Shown here one piece after another: positions 12,035-25,348 of a DNA stretch of 64,000 nucleotides (positions are counted from its first letter, which is position 1; each line of letters starts with the position of its first letter). The stretch spans positions 132,434,001-132,498,000 of the forward strand of contig NC_058368.1 of NCBI RefSeq assembly GCF_018350175.1, given 5' to 3'. The translations under genes were made by a program, and so were the position numbers. The notes under the pieces are model-generated. The model saw nothing but the letters and a program-made list of their open reading frames with translations. It was not told where the DNA came from and did not search any database. Origin of the DNA: Felis catus (lineage: Eukaryota).

Positions 12035-12545
12035 GATAAAATTATTTATTACTATATAATAAAATAATCCAAAAGTTAATGGCTTAAAACAATAACCATT
12101 TATTTTTTTGATAGTTTCAGTGTTTCAGAAATTCAGAAACAGCTTAGCTGAAGAGTTCTGGCTCAGGGTCTCTCATGAGGAGGCTGTCAAGATTTTGGCC
12201 AGGGTTAGATATCTGAAAGCTGAAAATGGTTTACTTACACAGCTGAGACAGAGTGATGCTTTGTTCGCAGAAGACCTCAGTTTCTGCTCCTATGAGCCTC
12301 AACACAAGCTATTTGAGTGTTCTCATATCATGATGTCAAGCTTCTTCAAGAACTTGGCAATCCAAATGAGATCAAGATAGAAGAGGCAATGTCTTTTATG
12401 ATCTAGCCTTCGAAGCTGCACACTCTTTGCCATATTCTATTGGTCACAGAGACCAACACTGACACAATATGTGGAGGTGGGGCCACCCAAGGACATGAAT
12501 ACCAGCAGAGGAGGATCATTTATCTTGGAGACTGGCTATTACACC
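12035..12545 (-). mobile_element. Old MaLR (MLT-type) LTR
   Basis: 'ggcttaaaacaataaccatttat...cagcttagctg...ttctggctcagggtctctcatgagg...attctattggtcacagagaccaac'; approximate. Confidence 0.7.
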
Positions 12546-13489
12546 TATCCAAGCAACACTGGGTATTTAAATATCCCCACTTACTTCCTGGCCATAAAGC
12601 TGTATCTTTGCATCGTTGCCACTTTCACTTTCTCACACTCACAGCTTTATAATCTTCAGTAGTTTTTGTTTTAGATCTCCTTTCACAAGGTTTTGACTGT
12701 GAAGAGACTCACTCAAGCCCTTAGCTTTAGTGAGAGACCTTGATTCTAGTCCTCCTCATATGGAGAAGTTTTAATATTCATTTCCAAGAAAGAATCAAAA
12801 TCTCATATTCACTAAGTTGCTTCTAAACCCAGAGTCATTTCCACTCACAGCTATTTCTCTTCTGATTGCTGATCTTCCAATGTTTATCTAGTTTTTAAGT
12901 CTTCCTATTTTTCCTTGTTTTCTTCTAAATTTTATCAATGTCACATGTTAAAATAAAGAGTATACTAATGTGAGAACTCATTCTTACCACTTTGAAGCCT
13001 TATTTTTTTAGCTTTTTAAACTGATTTTAAAGTTGCAAAAATAGTACAGAGATTTCCCATATATCTCTCATCTGGCTTCCCTCAGGTTAACATCTTATAT
13101 AACTGCATTAAAATTACTGAACCCAGGAAACTACTGCTGGTATAATACTATTAACCAAATTGTAGACTTTACTCAAATTTCACCAGTGTTTCTACTATTG
13201 CTGTTTTTCTCACCCAGGAGCCTGTGTAATACTTGTAAATTATGTATCTGATAAAGGACTTGTTTCCAGAATACATAAAAACTCTCAAAACTCAGTAGGA
13301 TGAAAGACAATCCAATTTCAAAACGGGCCAAAAGTGTCTCTATGCTTTATAGAACTTTTTCCATTCATTTATGCTTAGCCCTTCTGAATTACTTTGTTTT
13401 AGGTATGTTTCCTATATACTGCAGTTGAATTCTGCTTTGTGAGTCAAGGAGACTCTCACTGTTAGGACTACTATGTTTGGTCTCTTATC

Positions 13490-13954
13490 TGTATTAGGAA
13501 AGATAGTCCTTCCGAGGACATGATCGATGATTCTTGCACACTCTTGTTGACCACAAAACTACCCATCTTTTGACATTGAGTACTTTCTGAACTGGTCATA
13601 TCGGCAACTAACTATGTCAAGGTAACCACAATGTGACAATGCTTTAAGTACTTGCTCTCCATTGAGGTCTGCCTTGTTTGCGGCTTGCTACAGACGACGC
13701 TCAGCATTCTCCTCCTGGTCTTCTCAGCTATGGCAAAACTCACTGCAGGTGTAGTCTCCACCCAGCTCCATCACATTGCTCTGTGGGACTTGGAGATAAA
13801 GAAATCCAGTACAACAATGCTGATGCTCTTGTTTGCAGTGCTGTAATAAACTGTTTTGCTCTAATACATTTAATCACATGTACTTTCAGCATTTATGGAG
13901 GTGTAAGAAGTTAATTCCTTGCCTCTAATGTAAGACTGGGGCTCTTCCCAGACA
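13490..13954 (+). mobile_element. Solo ERV LTR (~465 bp)
   Basis: TG...CA termini, flanking TATC duplication, internal AATAAA at 13845-13850; sits within old L1-like sequence. Confidence 0.7.
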
Positions 13955-14761
13955 CTATCATATTTTTAAATTATGTGAATTTTGTTATATTTATTTCTTT
14001 CTCTATAAAATAGGTAATCTTTGTTCTTTTGTTAAAATTTTTTTCTGAAGGTGCCTGTGTGGCTAAGTCGGTGAAGCATCTGACTCTTGGTTTCAGCTCG
14101 GGTCATGATCTATTTCTTTTTGCAGTTCTATCAGTTTTTGCCTCATACGCTGTGATGATGTTGTTAGGTGCATATATATTAAAGACTATTATGTCTTCTC
14201 AGAGAATTGGCAGTTTTATCAACATGTGATGTTCCTTGTAAGCCCTGGTCATTTTCCTTGGTCAGAAGTCTTCGTCTTAAATTAATAAAGTCCTGGTTTC
14301 TTTTGATTAGTGTTAGCATGGTTTATCTTCCTCCATACCTTCACTTTTAATCTATCAGGGTCCTTATATATCAAATGAGTTTCTTGTAGAAAACACAGAG
14401 TCTGAGTCTTGTTTTTTCATCCACTTTGACAGTCCTGCCTGGATTGGTGTATTTAGTCCATTCACATTTAAAGTGATTACTGATATACTGGATTAATATT
14501 TGCATATTTGTTACTGTATTCTTTGCATTGCTTTTGTCCTGTCTTCCATTTTCCTGCCTTCTCTCATTTTAATGGAACATTTTACACAATTCTACTTTTT
14601 CTCTTGTCTTAGCACATCAATTATACTTAAAATATTTTTAGCAATTGCCCTAGAGTTTGCAATATACACTTACAATTAACCCAACTTCACTTTCAAATAA
14701 AGAATGTTCTAGAAAATTGAAAAATACAATTCTTGGTAAAAGCAACAAAGAAGCAAACTAA

Positions 14762-15101
14762 TGAAAACACTAACTTAAAAAGACAGATGCAACCCCATGT
14801 TCACTGCATCATTATTTATAATGGTCCAGACATGAAAGCAACCTAAGTGTCCATCAGTGTATGAATGGATAAAGAAAAGATGGTATAGGGGTGCCTAGGT
14901 GGCCCAGTTAGCTGTGTCCGACTTCGGCTCAGGTCATGATCTCATGGTTTGTGAGTTTGAGCCCCGCATCAGGCTCTGTGCTGACAGCTTAGAGCCTGGA
15001 GCCTGCTTTGGATTCTGTGTTTCCCTCTCTCTCTGCCTCTCCTCTGTCTCCCTCTCTCTCAAAATAAATAAACATTAACAAAAAAATAATAAGAAAAGGT
15101 A

Positions 15102-15145
<44 letters not shown>

Positions 15146-15838
15146 CATCCAAAAAATGAATGGAATTTGCCATTTGCAACAATGAGGATGGACCCTGAAG
15201 ACATTATTTTAAGTGAAATAAGTCAGAGAGAAAAAGAAAGACAAATACCATATGATTTCACCTATATGTGTAACCTATAAACAATAACAACAGGGGTGCC
15301 TGGGTGGCTCAGTTGGCCAAGTGTCTGACTTTAGCTTGGTCATGATCTTGTAGTTTTTGAGTTTAACCCCTGCGTTGGGCTATCTGCTGTCAGTCCAGAG
15401 CCTGCTTTGGATCCTCTGTCCCCCCATCTCTCTGCCCCTCCCCCACTCATGAGCATGCCCTCTCTCTTTCAAAAATAAATAAACATAAAAAATACAATAA
15501 CCAAAACAAGCTCATGGATACAGAGAACAGATTGGTAGTTGCCAGTGGCAGGGAATGTGAAGTGGGAAAAATGGGTGAAGAGTGTCAAAAGGTACAAACT
15601 TACAGTTTTAAAACAAAGAAGTCATGGGGATATAATGTACAGTATGGTGACTATAGTTAATAATACTGTATTGCGTATTAAAAGTTCTCGTCACAAGTAA
15701 AAAAAAATTTGTTAACCCTGGTGACAGATAACTAGATTTACTGCGGTGATCATTTGACAATATACACAAACATCAAATCATTTTGTTGTACACCTGAAAC
15801 TAATAAAATATATGTCAACTATAACTCAATTAAAAAAA
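14762..15838 (+). mobile_element. L1 3' end (ORF2 tail and 3' UTR) with two nested SINEs and (TA)n
   Basis: 'atgttcactgcatcattattt...aagcaacctaagtgtccatca...tgaaataagtcag...acctgaaactaat...'. Confidence 0.9.
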
Positions 15839-17539
15839 ATCATATTGAGGGGCACCTTGCTGGCTCATTCAGAAGAGCATGTGACTTTTGGTCTCGGGGT
15901 CATGAGTTCAAACCCCATGTTGAGTGTACAGATTACTTAAATAAGTAAAACTTTAAAAAATCATATTGAAATAGTTGTCAATATATTGAAAAACAAATCT
16001 GTGTTATAGAAATATATGTGCTTATTTATTAATACATAAATAAGATCAAGTATCTTGACTTCAAAGTATTGATGTACATAAATGTTATTTAGAGACATCT
16101 AAATATAATATGTGCTGGGGGAAGGGGCACAACTGGGTGGATCAATTGGTTAAGCCTCTGACTCTTGATTTCAGCTCAGGTCTTGATCTCAGGATAGTGA
16201 GTTCAAGCCCTGCATTGGGCCCCTTACTAAGTGTGGAGGCTATTAAAAAAAAAAAAAAAAAAGTTATGGGGGAAAAAAGAAGTTAACTAATAGCTAAATA
16301 ACCTAAAAAGTAAATTAAGGAAAATAGGGAATCAGAAATGTTAACATAGACCTATAACCACATAAAACTTATCTTAAGTCTCAAAGGGTCATAGTCAACT
16401 GGGTTGAATTTTCAACCGAATAGATATTTAATTTCTCCAAAATCAATCCGTGCATACACATCAACCAATAACAAAGTTAAGTATATTTTCTGGTAGACTA
16501 AAACAATTTGTTTCTAATTTTTTCTTTTCTTTTTTTTTTTGAGGGCGTGTGTGCACATGCACACACGGAGCAGGGAAGCGCAGAGGAGGAGAGAGAATCT
16601 TAAGCAGGCTACATTCCCAAAGACATGGAGCTAGATCTCAGGACCATGAGCTCATGACCTCAGCTGAAATCAAAAGTCGGATATTTAACCAACTAGCCAC
16701 CCAGGCACCCCATCAGTTTTTTTGTTTTTAAATTAGGCTAACATCACCATCTGATATGGGAAAGCTAGAATGTGGTATTACTTTCTGATATTTTGCATTA
16801 TCATATTTAAGAGTTAGTTAAATTAAAGCAAGTTATAAACCTTAATAGATTCCAGGGATTATCTTAAAGCAGTGAAAAGTAAAAATACATAACGGTCTTC
16901 AGAACTTAAAACACTTTCTCCAACATACTCAAAACCATAGACAGCTTACAAGGGCTGTAAGTTTAGATGGAATACAAATCAAGAAAATTCTACTATAACT
17001 TACTTTGTTTATAACTGATATCAAAAGTGGGCAAATAATCTTGGTAAAAAGCGTGGGTCAAGTAAAGTGAGATGTAATCATCATAGTTTTCCTTAAAGTC
17101 TTACACAAGATATTGCACTAAAAAAATCCTAACCAATATCTTTATCAGTAAAATGTGAATGAAGATTTGCCCAATAAATCAAGATGTTTACTACTTTATT
17201 TCTTTCTGTAATCTGCAACACAAAGAAGTTCATGGACAACAGTACTATCTACTTTGTAGAATTACTGTCAGGGTTATACTGACTGAACCATTTCTGCCTT
17301 CTCCAGTAACTTCAAGAACTAAAAAGATGCTCATTCCTTTGACTCCCAACTTGACTATTCTAGCAAGGTACTTTATATGTCATCTTCCCGTAAAAGAACT
17401 AACATTCTCTAAAATTTAACAGTATTTCTATTCTCTCTAAAAGGTGTAAGATATACTTGGAGGAGTATTTGCTTACTTTAAAAAAGATGAAGTATTGAAG
17501 GTAAGCAAGAAATGTGGATAAACAGCAGACCGCATTTTC

Positions 17540-17766
17540 TTTTTTTTTTAATTTTTTTTCAACGTTTTTTATTTATTTTTTGGGACAGAGAGAGACAGAG
17601 CATGAACGGGGGAGGGGCAGAGAGAGAGGGAGACACAGAATCGGAAACAGGCTCCAGGCTCCGAGCCATCAGCCCAGAGCCCGACGCGGGGCTCGAACTC
17701 ACGGACCGCGAGATCGTGACCTGGCTGAAGTCGGACGCTTAACCAACTGCGCCACCCAGGCGCCCC
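17540..17766 (-). mobile_element. Young feline CanSINE with perfect TSD
   Basis: TSD agaccgcattttc at 17527-17539 and 17768-17780; near-identical to the copies at 52399 and 53501. Confidence 0.95.
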
Positions 17767-17977
17767 GAGACCGCATTTTCAAATATAAAAGTACACACTA
17801 CATCCTCTTAGAAAATTAATGGTACTAAAAGCATGTGGAATTCTTTAGTTCAGATTATATGTAATCTTGAATGAGTCCTATAATATCCTCACTTTTCTAC
17901 CTATGAAAAAGTCTATTTAATTTCAAATATCATGCCACATCACCAAAAAAGGTAGAGAGACTTTTAGACCAAAGAGT

Positions 17978-17983
17978 TTTATT
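17978..17983 (-). terminator. CENPK: Candidate distal CENPK polyadenylation signal (AATAAA)
   Basis: TTTATT on the plus strand ~680 nt past the stop codon; a proximal AATAAA lies at 18408-18413. Confidence 0.55.
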
Positions 17984-18661
17984 TACAGAAAGGTCATGGA
18001 GAATTAACAAAATTTTATGAACACAATTTTGTTAGCAATAATAAACAGAAACAGCATGGTTTAATATATATCACTTGTTATATAATACATATTAAGATAT
18101 AGTTTTCATGCTACACTTATCCATTAGTTTCTGTTCCAATTTTTAAATCTAGAAATAAGGCAGTACACATGGAACAGATTTACTACATGCTTTTAAATTA
18201 CGATTCCTTCTATATCAGATATTGTCAATTTTAAAGCCATCTACAAATTAAATGGCCTTTCCATTATAATTGCTAAATTTCGAGATATAAGCTCCAAATG
18301 GAACTCAAAATACATAAAATAAACTGTCACAAATTCAAAAGGAAAACATTACAGTAACAGTATCATAAATTAACAAAGAATACTGCAGAAGTAAGATACA
18401 TCAAAAGTTTATTATGATTAAGTCTAGAATGTTTTTTACTTGCATTCTTTTCCATCGAGTTGAAAACACCAAGGTACTAATTGAATGTGAAAGGACCATT
18501 TATAAATTGTAGGTGGCATGTGTCATTTTATGGATGAAAGGAAGAGGGACTATGTGCTTTGATTTGCAAATAATGTTCTTTGTTCAAGTAATCCTCAGTG
18601 TTTCCATTATCCTTGAATGACAAGATTCATTAAGTACTGTGTGAAAAAAGAGACCATCCTT

Positions 18662-18820
18662 TTACTGATGGAAGGCTTCTAATCTTATTTGGGTTGGATC
18701 TTCTGGATGTCTCAAGGCAATTCCATTACGCAGGAGCAGCTCAATATATGGTGGCCAAAAAGAATCACTAATTTTGACATATGGATCATGTGGAACATCA
18801 AATAATCTATTTAAAAGAAT
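18662..18820 (-). CDS. CENPK: Centromere protein K, last coding exon (9/9)
   Basis: TAG acceptor; ILLNRLFDVPHDPYVKISDSFWPPYIELLLRNGIALRHPEDPTQIRLEAFHQ-TAA, the recognisable CENP-K C-terminus. Confidence 0.98.
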   Translation of the reverse strand: MLLNRLFDVPHDPYVKISDSFWPPYIELLLRNGIALRHPEDPTQIRLEAFHQ

Positions 18821-19432
18821 CTAGAAAAAAATACCGTTCATAATACCTTAGTAAAAAACTGATACAGCTATAATAAAACATTAAAAATTTGTTTACCAAA
18901 GAATGTTGATCTCTTTTCTCTTTGAATAATTGCTTGTCATAATTTCCATGAATTAACTTAAATAAGCGATTTTCTTCCTTTTTAAAAAAACTACATATTA
19001 ATAAATGGAAACATGTTTAAAACTGTGTACAGATTTCTGCAACTATGTGGAAAGAATCCTTAAACTCACATATGTAGTTCAGATAGAATACAGAGGTGCC
19101 AACTAAAGATTCCATCAATGTAAAAGCATAGGGTTTCACTGTGCAAATAATAAATAACATCATAAAATTTTTTTTAAAGTAATAATCTTAAGAATATGAT
19201 TAAGGACTAGTCTCTAACTATGTTCTTTTTTAAAAATGACAATATTCTTTCTAGTAATGGATAGAAAACAAAGTATCTTATAGTAAAGATAAATTAATAA
19301 AAATTGATTTAATAAAATTTGGTATGTTTAAGAACTAAAGCAGTATTTTCTGTTTCAAGCCTGTGTTTAATTGTTTAGAAATCACTAATTAAAAGAAATC
19401 TTGAAGACAAAACAACTACACAAAATGCTTAC

Positions 19433-19486
19433 CTCTAACATTTCATGCAGTGTTATCAGCTGTGCAGTTGATTCTTGAATGTTTGT
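19433..19486 (-). CDS. CENPK: CENP-K coding exon 8/9
   Basis: 54 bp, TNIQESTAQLITLHEMLE, AG/GTAAGC, phase 0-0. Confidence 0.96.
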
Positions 19487-22413
19487 CTTTGACAGAAATG
19501 TGAATAACAAAGAATTAACATCTCAGTTCTACCAGTGGCAGAATATTAAACTATATTTATTACGAAATTTTTAAAAATTAGTATTTCTTACCTGCAATGG
19601 TACAAGGTATACCAAAACCAAATATTTAGAATTAGGTGATATTAAAAGAATTCTGAAAGTAAACAATCTGCTTGTACTACACAGTCACGTTCATAAAAAC
19701 AAAGTTCAAACAACCTCTAAGAAAGTGAATTACTAGAAGGTACAATTCAGACTACCTATAAATAAATAATGGATAAATTATATTTTTTTACATATACTCA
19801 TGTAAAACACAGTCTAATTTTTGAGGCTTCCAATCAAAATATCTCAAACAAATGGCATTCCAAACCCTATTTATACAGCTTCGGGACAGGAAACTTACTT
19901 CCCAGGGAGCCTTGTTCAACTTTCTATAGTTCTTGACAGTTCTTAATGTTAACTCAATTCATTGCTTCTTTTTCCCTTGGAATGATAGAGAATAAATCCC
20001 ATTCCAATGCAATCCAAGATTCCTCAAATATTTGAAGATGGGTATTATAAGCCCCAAGTCTTGGCCATATTAATTGTCATTAGTTCCTTCAATTATTTTT
20101 CATAATCTGTAGACTTGCAGCCCCTCAATATCATAGTTGCTCTCTAAATGTGCTCTAATTTATCTTTTTTTCTTTTTCAAAGCAGTCTCCATATGATACA
20201 AGTGTGACTCAAACACCAAAGATGAAAAGGAAGACTCACTTTCATACTTGTATAGATGCTGGAATTTTATTAAGTTTATTCATTACCTTTTAGATATCAA
20301 TTTTGCCCTGCTGACCTCTCAGCATACCATCATCTAAAATGTCTAAGCCTCTTTCTTACATCTAGCTGAGATATGTCTCCTTCATTCTTTAATGTTTCAA
20401 ACCCAAGAAAGATATTTTATGTCCCTCACTAAATATTTTATTTGGCCCAGTTCTAGTCAGCTGAAAAATATAGTCCTAATTCTATCATTCAATATATTTA
20501 CTATCTAGGACAACATCTAAAGGGGTTCTGCTAGAAATCTCCCTTCAAGATAATACTAATCCTAATCAGCAGCTTTTGAGTTCAGACATTTAATTAAATG
20601 CAAAGTCATCTACCACAGTGACAGCTTGTACTTTCCTGATACCAGTCAAAGATTACCTTGGAGTCCTTATAAAGTCTTACATAACTACAAATATTTTAAA
20701 GAAATAGTGAAAATGAATGTGATTGAGTAAAGATAGTAAAGCTAGACCTCAAAATCTCCTGACCTCTAATACCTTATTAAATGAAAGAGTGGTTTAGAAA
20801 AGCAGCATTCACTAGTGAGGAAAGAAACAGAATTAAAGAACTGATACAGAAATAAATAGCAAAAAAGCACAGATTGAGACAATCAAAGAAAAAGCAAAGG
20901 AAAAATATAATGAAAGCAGAGCAGAAAAAAAAAACTTTCAACATAAGGATATGAAAAATAATATAAACCATAATAAAATAAAGTTTCCACTAAATGAAAT
21001 GTGACCTAAATTTGCCCCTAAAAACAATGTCATCTATGGGGCGCCTGAGTGGCTTGGTCGGTTAAGCGTCCGACTTCGGCTCAGGTCATGATCTCACGGT
21101 CTGTGGGTTCAAGCCCCACGTCGGGCTCTGTGCTGACAGCTCAGAGCCTGGAGCCTGTTTCAGATTCTGTGTCTCCCTCTCTCTGCCCCTCCCCTGTTCA
21201 TGCTCTGTCTCTCTCTGTCTCAAAAATAAATAAACGTTAAAAAAAAAATTAAAAAAAAAACAAACAATGTCATCTTCAAAACAAAAATGATACTGAATGA
21301 TCAACACTGTAAGGTATCTGTTAAATTACTGAAGGTCAAAGATAAAGAACTCTTCAGACAAATACTCAGAAGCAGAAAGATATCTACAGGCTGGCCTAGC
21401 TATCTATAGGATGGCCCAGCACATCCTATTTCGGAAGAATGGAACAATCCCTACCAGGTCTTGAGATTTTTTTTTTTAATGTGCCAAAAATATCCTTTGC
21501 ATATAAAGGCAAACCAAGCATTTTTATCAGTCAAGAATCCAAAAAATAAAATGCCCAGGAATTCTGCTTGAACAAATTACTTCTCAAAGAAACCAATCAA
21601 ATCAATTAGTTTAACTTAAAAACTCAAAAATAAATGGTCAAAGATGATAAGCATTGAATCCAATACAATGTGAACACGAAACACATATATAAATAATGTT
21701 ATGAGACAGAATAAAAATGTTATAAACCTGCCAAAGTTAAAAAAAATAACAAATTGTAATGGTGTTATAGGAAGAATGCTAATTTCTTCATCTTTAATAG
21801 CAGGGAGTGAGTGAATACTGCCTAAAATTGAAAGATGAACATTTTTTAGGTCTTTTAATCTTTTATAATGTTATTCATAATTTGTTTTTTCTCTATATTA
21901 GGGACCTCTCCAGAACTAAAATAACTTGAGGCACAAAAATATTTATCTGAGTTAACATTTCTATCAATTTAAGTAAAATTACATCTTATGCTTATTTTTT
22001 TAAGTTTATTTAAATTTATTTTGAGAGAGAGAGTGTGCACACACGTGTGTGTGCACAAGCTGGGGAGGGGTGCAGAGAGAGGGAGAGGGAGAATCCCAAG
22101 CAGGCTCCACATTGTCAGTGTGGAGCCCAATGCAGGGCTTGAACTCACAAACCATGAGATCATGACCTGAGCTAAAATCAATAGTTGGATGCTTAACGGA
22201 CTGAGTCACCCAGGTACCCCATCTAATACTTATTTTATATTGGTCTATACAAAACTACATTGATCTGAACATCTATCAATCCATTTATGCTTCTATATAT
22301 GTATGTGTTTATGAAGATGTCTCAAATGATGTTCACCTCATGTTAACAATACGGTGGAGGGATTCAGGGTTTTTTTCTTTCTTTTTTGTACATTTTTGAA
22401 TGACAAAACACAG

Positions 22414-22793
22414 TGTTATGGGCTGCATTGTTTCTCTCAAAATTCACATGTTCAAGTCCCAACCTCCTTGGTGACTACATTTGGAAATGGAGGTAAGTGA
22501 AGTTAAATGTGGCCATAAGGGTGGGACCCTAATCCAACTGGAATGGTGTCTTTATATGAAGAGAAAGAGATACCAGAGAGCTCTCTCTACACTCGAAAAG
22601 AGAAAAGGCCATGTGAAGACACAGCAAGAGATGGCTGTCCAGAGCCAGGGAAGAAGGCCTCAGCAGAAACCAACTCAGATGGCATTTTGATCTTGGACTT
22701 CTAGCCTCCAGAAAAGTGAGAAAATATATTTCCTTTGTTTAAACCATCTAATCTATGGTATTTTTCTCTAGCAGCTTAAGCTAACTCATATAT
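22414..22793 (+). mobile_element. MaLR (MLT1B/C-like) solo LTR
   Basis: 'tgttatgggctgcattg...aaaattcacatgtt...ggccatgtgaagacacagcaag...ttgatcttggacttctagcctccaga'. Confidence 0.88.
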
Positions 22794-25215
22794 CCCGTAT
22801 TACTGCTTGACAGACAAAGGGAGAGAAAAAAAAAAATGAGTACTCTATCATTTTGTAACATGTAGTAATGGTCCATATACTTCATTTTAAAAATGTGAGT
22901 TTATCAAATGTAACTTAAACCCATAATGGCTTCTGTGATCAATGATTCCTTTCAGAATCCTTTAACTCTGGTTCTACTGGTAGAGAAGCTTGACAGATTA
23001 AAGAAAATGGTGAAAACAAAACAAGACTGGAATCAGAAAATGTGAGTTATTCTATGATTATGATCATTAAGAGGTAAGGAATCATGAACTTAATGAAATG
23101 GTTAACAGAAGGCTGTCAACAATTCTAGAAATGAACAAAGTATACAAATAACAATGGGTAGAATGGGAAACACATAGTTACAATGAAGAAGGGGAAGAAT
23201 AAGGATAAAAAACACAGATTATAAGAAAACAAAGAAAACTTCCTCTTCTTTTCCTAATATAGTCACAGTCATTCAACAGATACAAATTCATGGGGGTTCC
23301 AGGGTGGCTGTCAGTTGATCATCCAACTTTGACTCAGGTCATAATCTCACAGTTCATAGTTCGAGCCCCACATCTGGCTTGCTGCTGTCAGCTCAGAGCC
23401 TGTTTCAGATCCTCTATCTCCCTCTCTCTGCCCCTCTCCCACTTATGCTTGTTCTCTATCTCAAAAATTAAAAAACATTTATAAAAACAAACAAATAAAT
23501 AAGAACTCAGAAGATACTAGAATACATAAGCAAGATAATAGACCTACAAAAATGAATTCAACACATAAACGAGCTCAGAGTGCAGGGTGGGTGAAAAGAG
23601 AGATAGATATAAATGATTACTACAAAATCATGTGATAATGCTAATAAAATGACACATAAACTGCATTTAATACTTCACACAAGTATTAAAGGATGATGTT
23701 TGAAGTGACTTAAGTAAGAATTTGCTATCTTCATCAGATAGGAAATGTTTTGTAAGCAGAAGGAACAGAACGTATAAGACACAAAAAGGTCATTGCATAC
23801 TTGCTGGAACTACAGGGTACAGTTGAATGGATTCATGCAAGAGATAAATAAAGAATGGTTAGAAAGGAGGCTAAAGAGACAGGCAAAATCCCGAATATAA
23901 ATTCATTACTCTAAGGAGTTTATAGACTTCTAGAAGGGAACTATCAGTTTTATGTTAAAAAATAATTAAAATATATATTTTAGAAAAATCATTCTGGTGC
24001 CAGTTTCAATGCCTTCCCCACTTCCACAAGCTCTCTTTATTTATAGTATACACTGTTTTTGAAAAAGGAATTAAAGTAGTTATTCCCAATCTTCTGTCAC
24101 CAAATGAAATATTTATTTGCTTTTGTGAAAAAGGTCTGTTACATAGTAACTACTAGTTAAATAGTTAAATAGTCAAGAACTATTGTTAAATAGTTAAATT
24201 TGACTAGTTAAATAGTCAAGAACTCACATTAACTAACAGATATCTTTTGATTTTAAATGTTTCGTATGCTCATCATGGAAAATTTTGAAAAGAGTAAAAA
24301 TAAAAACAAATCTCACCTAAAATCCTAGCCTCCATACAGAAGCACTATTACATTTTTTAGTACAAATTAGACTCATAAAATTTAATTAGCTGTTTTTTTG
24401 TTTTGTTTTGTTTTTTTAAACTTTTTTAATGTTTATTTATTTTTGAGACAGAGAGAGACAGAGCATGAACGGGGGAGGGGCAGAGAGACAGGGAGACACA
24501 GAATCGGAAGCAGGCTCCAGGCTCTGAGCCGTCAGCCCAGAGCCCAACGCGGGGCTCGAATTCACTGACCGTGAGATCGTGACCTGAGCTGAAGTGAGAC
24601 GCTTAACTGACTGAGCCACCCAGGCGCCCCAAAGCCCGCTAATTAGCTGTTTTTTTAATCAATTTAATAATATATTGTGAGCATTTTAATAACTCTTTTG
24701 GTAGTTCAATATGTTATTTTTAAAAGGTATATTTTCCCCCACTATATGGATATAATATTAAAAAATGTATTGGGGCGCCTGGGTGGCTCAGTCGGTTAAG
24801 TGTCCGACTTCAGCTCAGGTCACGATCTCACAGTCTGTGAGTTCAGGCCCCGCGTAGGGCTCTGTGCTGACAGCTCGGAGCCTGGAGCCTGTTTCAGATT
24901 CTGTGTCTCCCTCTCTCTCTGCCCCTCCCCTGCTCATGCTCTGTCTCTCTCTGTCTCAAAAATAAATAAAAATCATTAAAAAAAAGAAAAAAAAAAGAAA
25001 ACAAATGTATTTAATCTTATTTTATTGAACAACTAGGTTGCTTCTAATTTTTCAAAAAGTATTATAATGTGATGATGGAAGATTTCTTTACATGTATCTG
25101 TGTGTCTTTGAAAAGTATAATAAACTACAAAAATTTATCAGAAAATTTACATTTGAACCTATGTGAAACAATCTCATATATAAATAGCTACATGAATTTG
25201 TTCTCTAAAACTTAC

Positions 25216-25348
25216 CTTTTTCTTTTTCTTTTTAACATTTCTATCAGGCAGAGGAAAATGATCTTCCAGAAATTCACCCAAGGTAATCAAGAGCTTTTCC
25301 TTATATTCTTTTATATCATGCATTTTAGTGTTCAGCTCATCTAAGATT
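25216..25348 (-). CDS. CENPK: CENP-K coding exon 7/9
   Basis: 133 bp, (R)ILDELNTKMHDIKEYKEKLLITLGEFLEDHFPLPDRNVKKKKKK, AG/GTAAGT, phase 2-0. Confidence 0.97.

Larger units (their letters stand above)
5131..17500 (+). pseudogene. Candidate decayed multi-exon gene or spliced lncRNA (exon-like segments only; see findings)
   Basis: AG...GT-bounded segments at 5526-5611, 5709-5780, 5921-6000, (6620)-6654, 6724-6793, 7948-7990, 16849-16956, 17307-17367 and 17444-17500. Several junctions are phase-compatible, with isolated stops. No homologue recognised. Confidence 0.4.

Noticed and set aside
17159..17419. 86-aa plus-strand ORF
   Set aside because: No recognisable homology as a single-exon gene; the internal splice signals favour a different, exon-sized reading.
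7139..22058. Purine-pyrimidine hairpins at 7139-7160 and 22034-22057
   Set aside because: Self-complementary low-complexity (GC/AT/GT) tracts typical of CanSINE linker regions.
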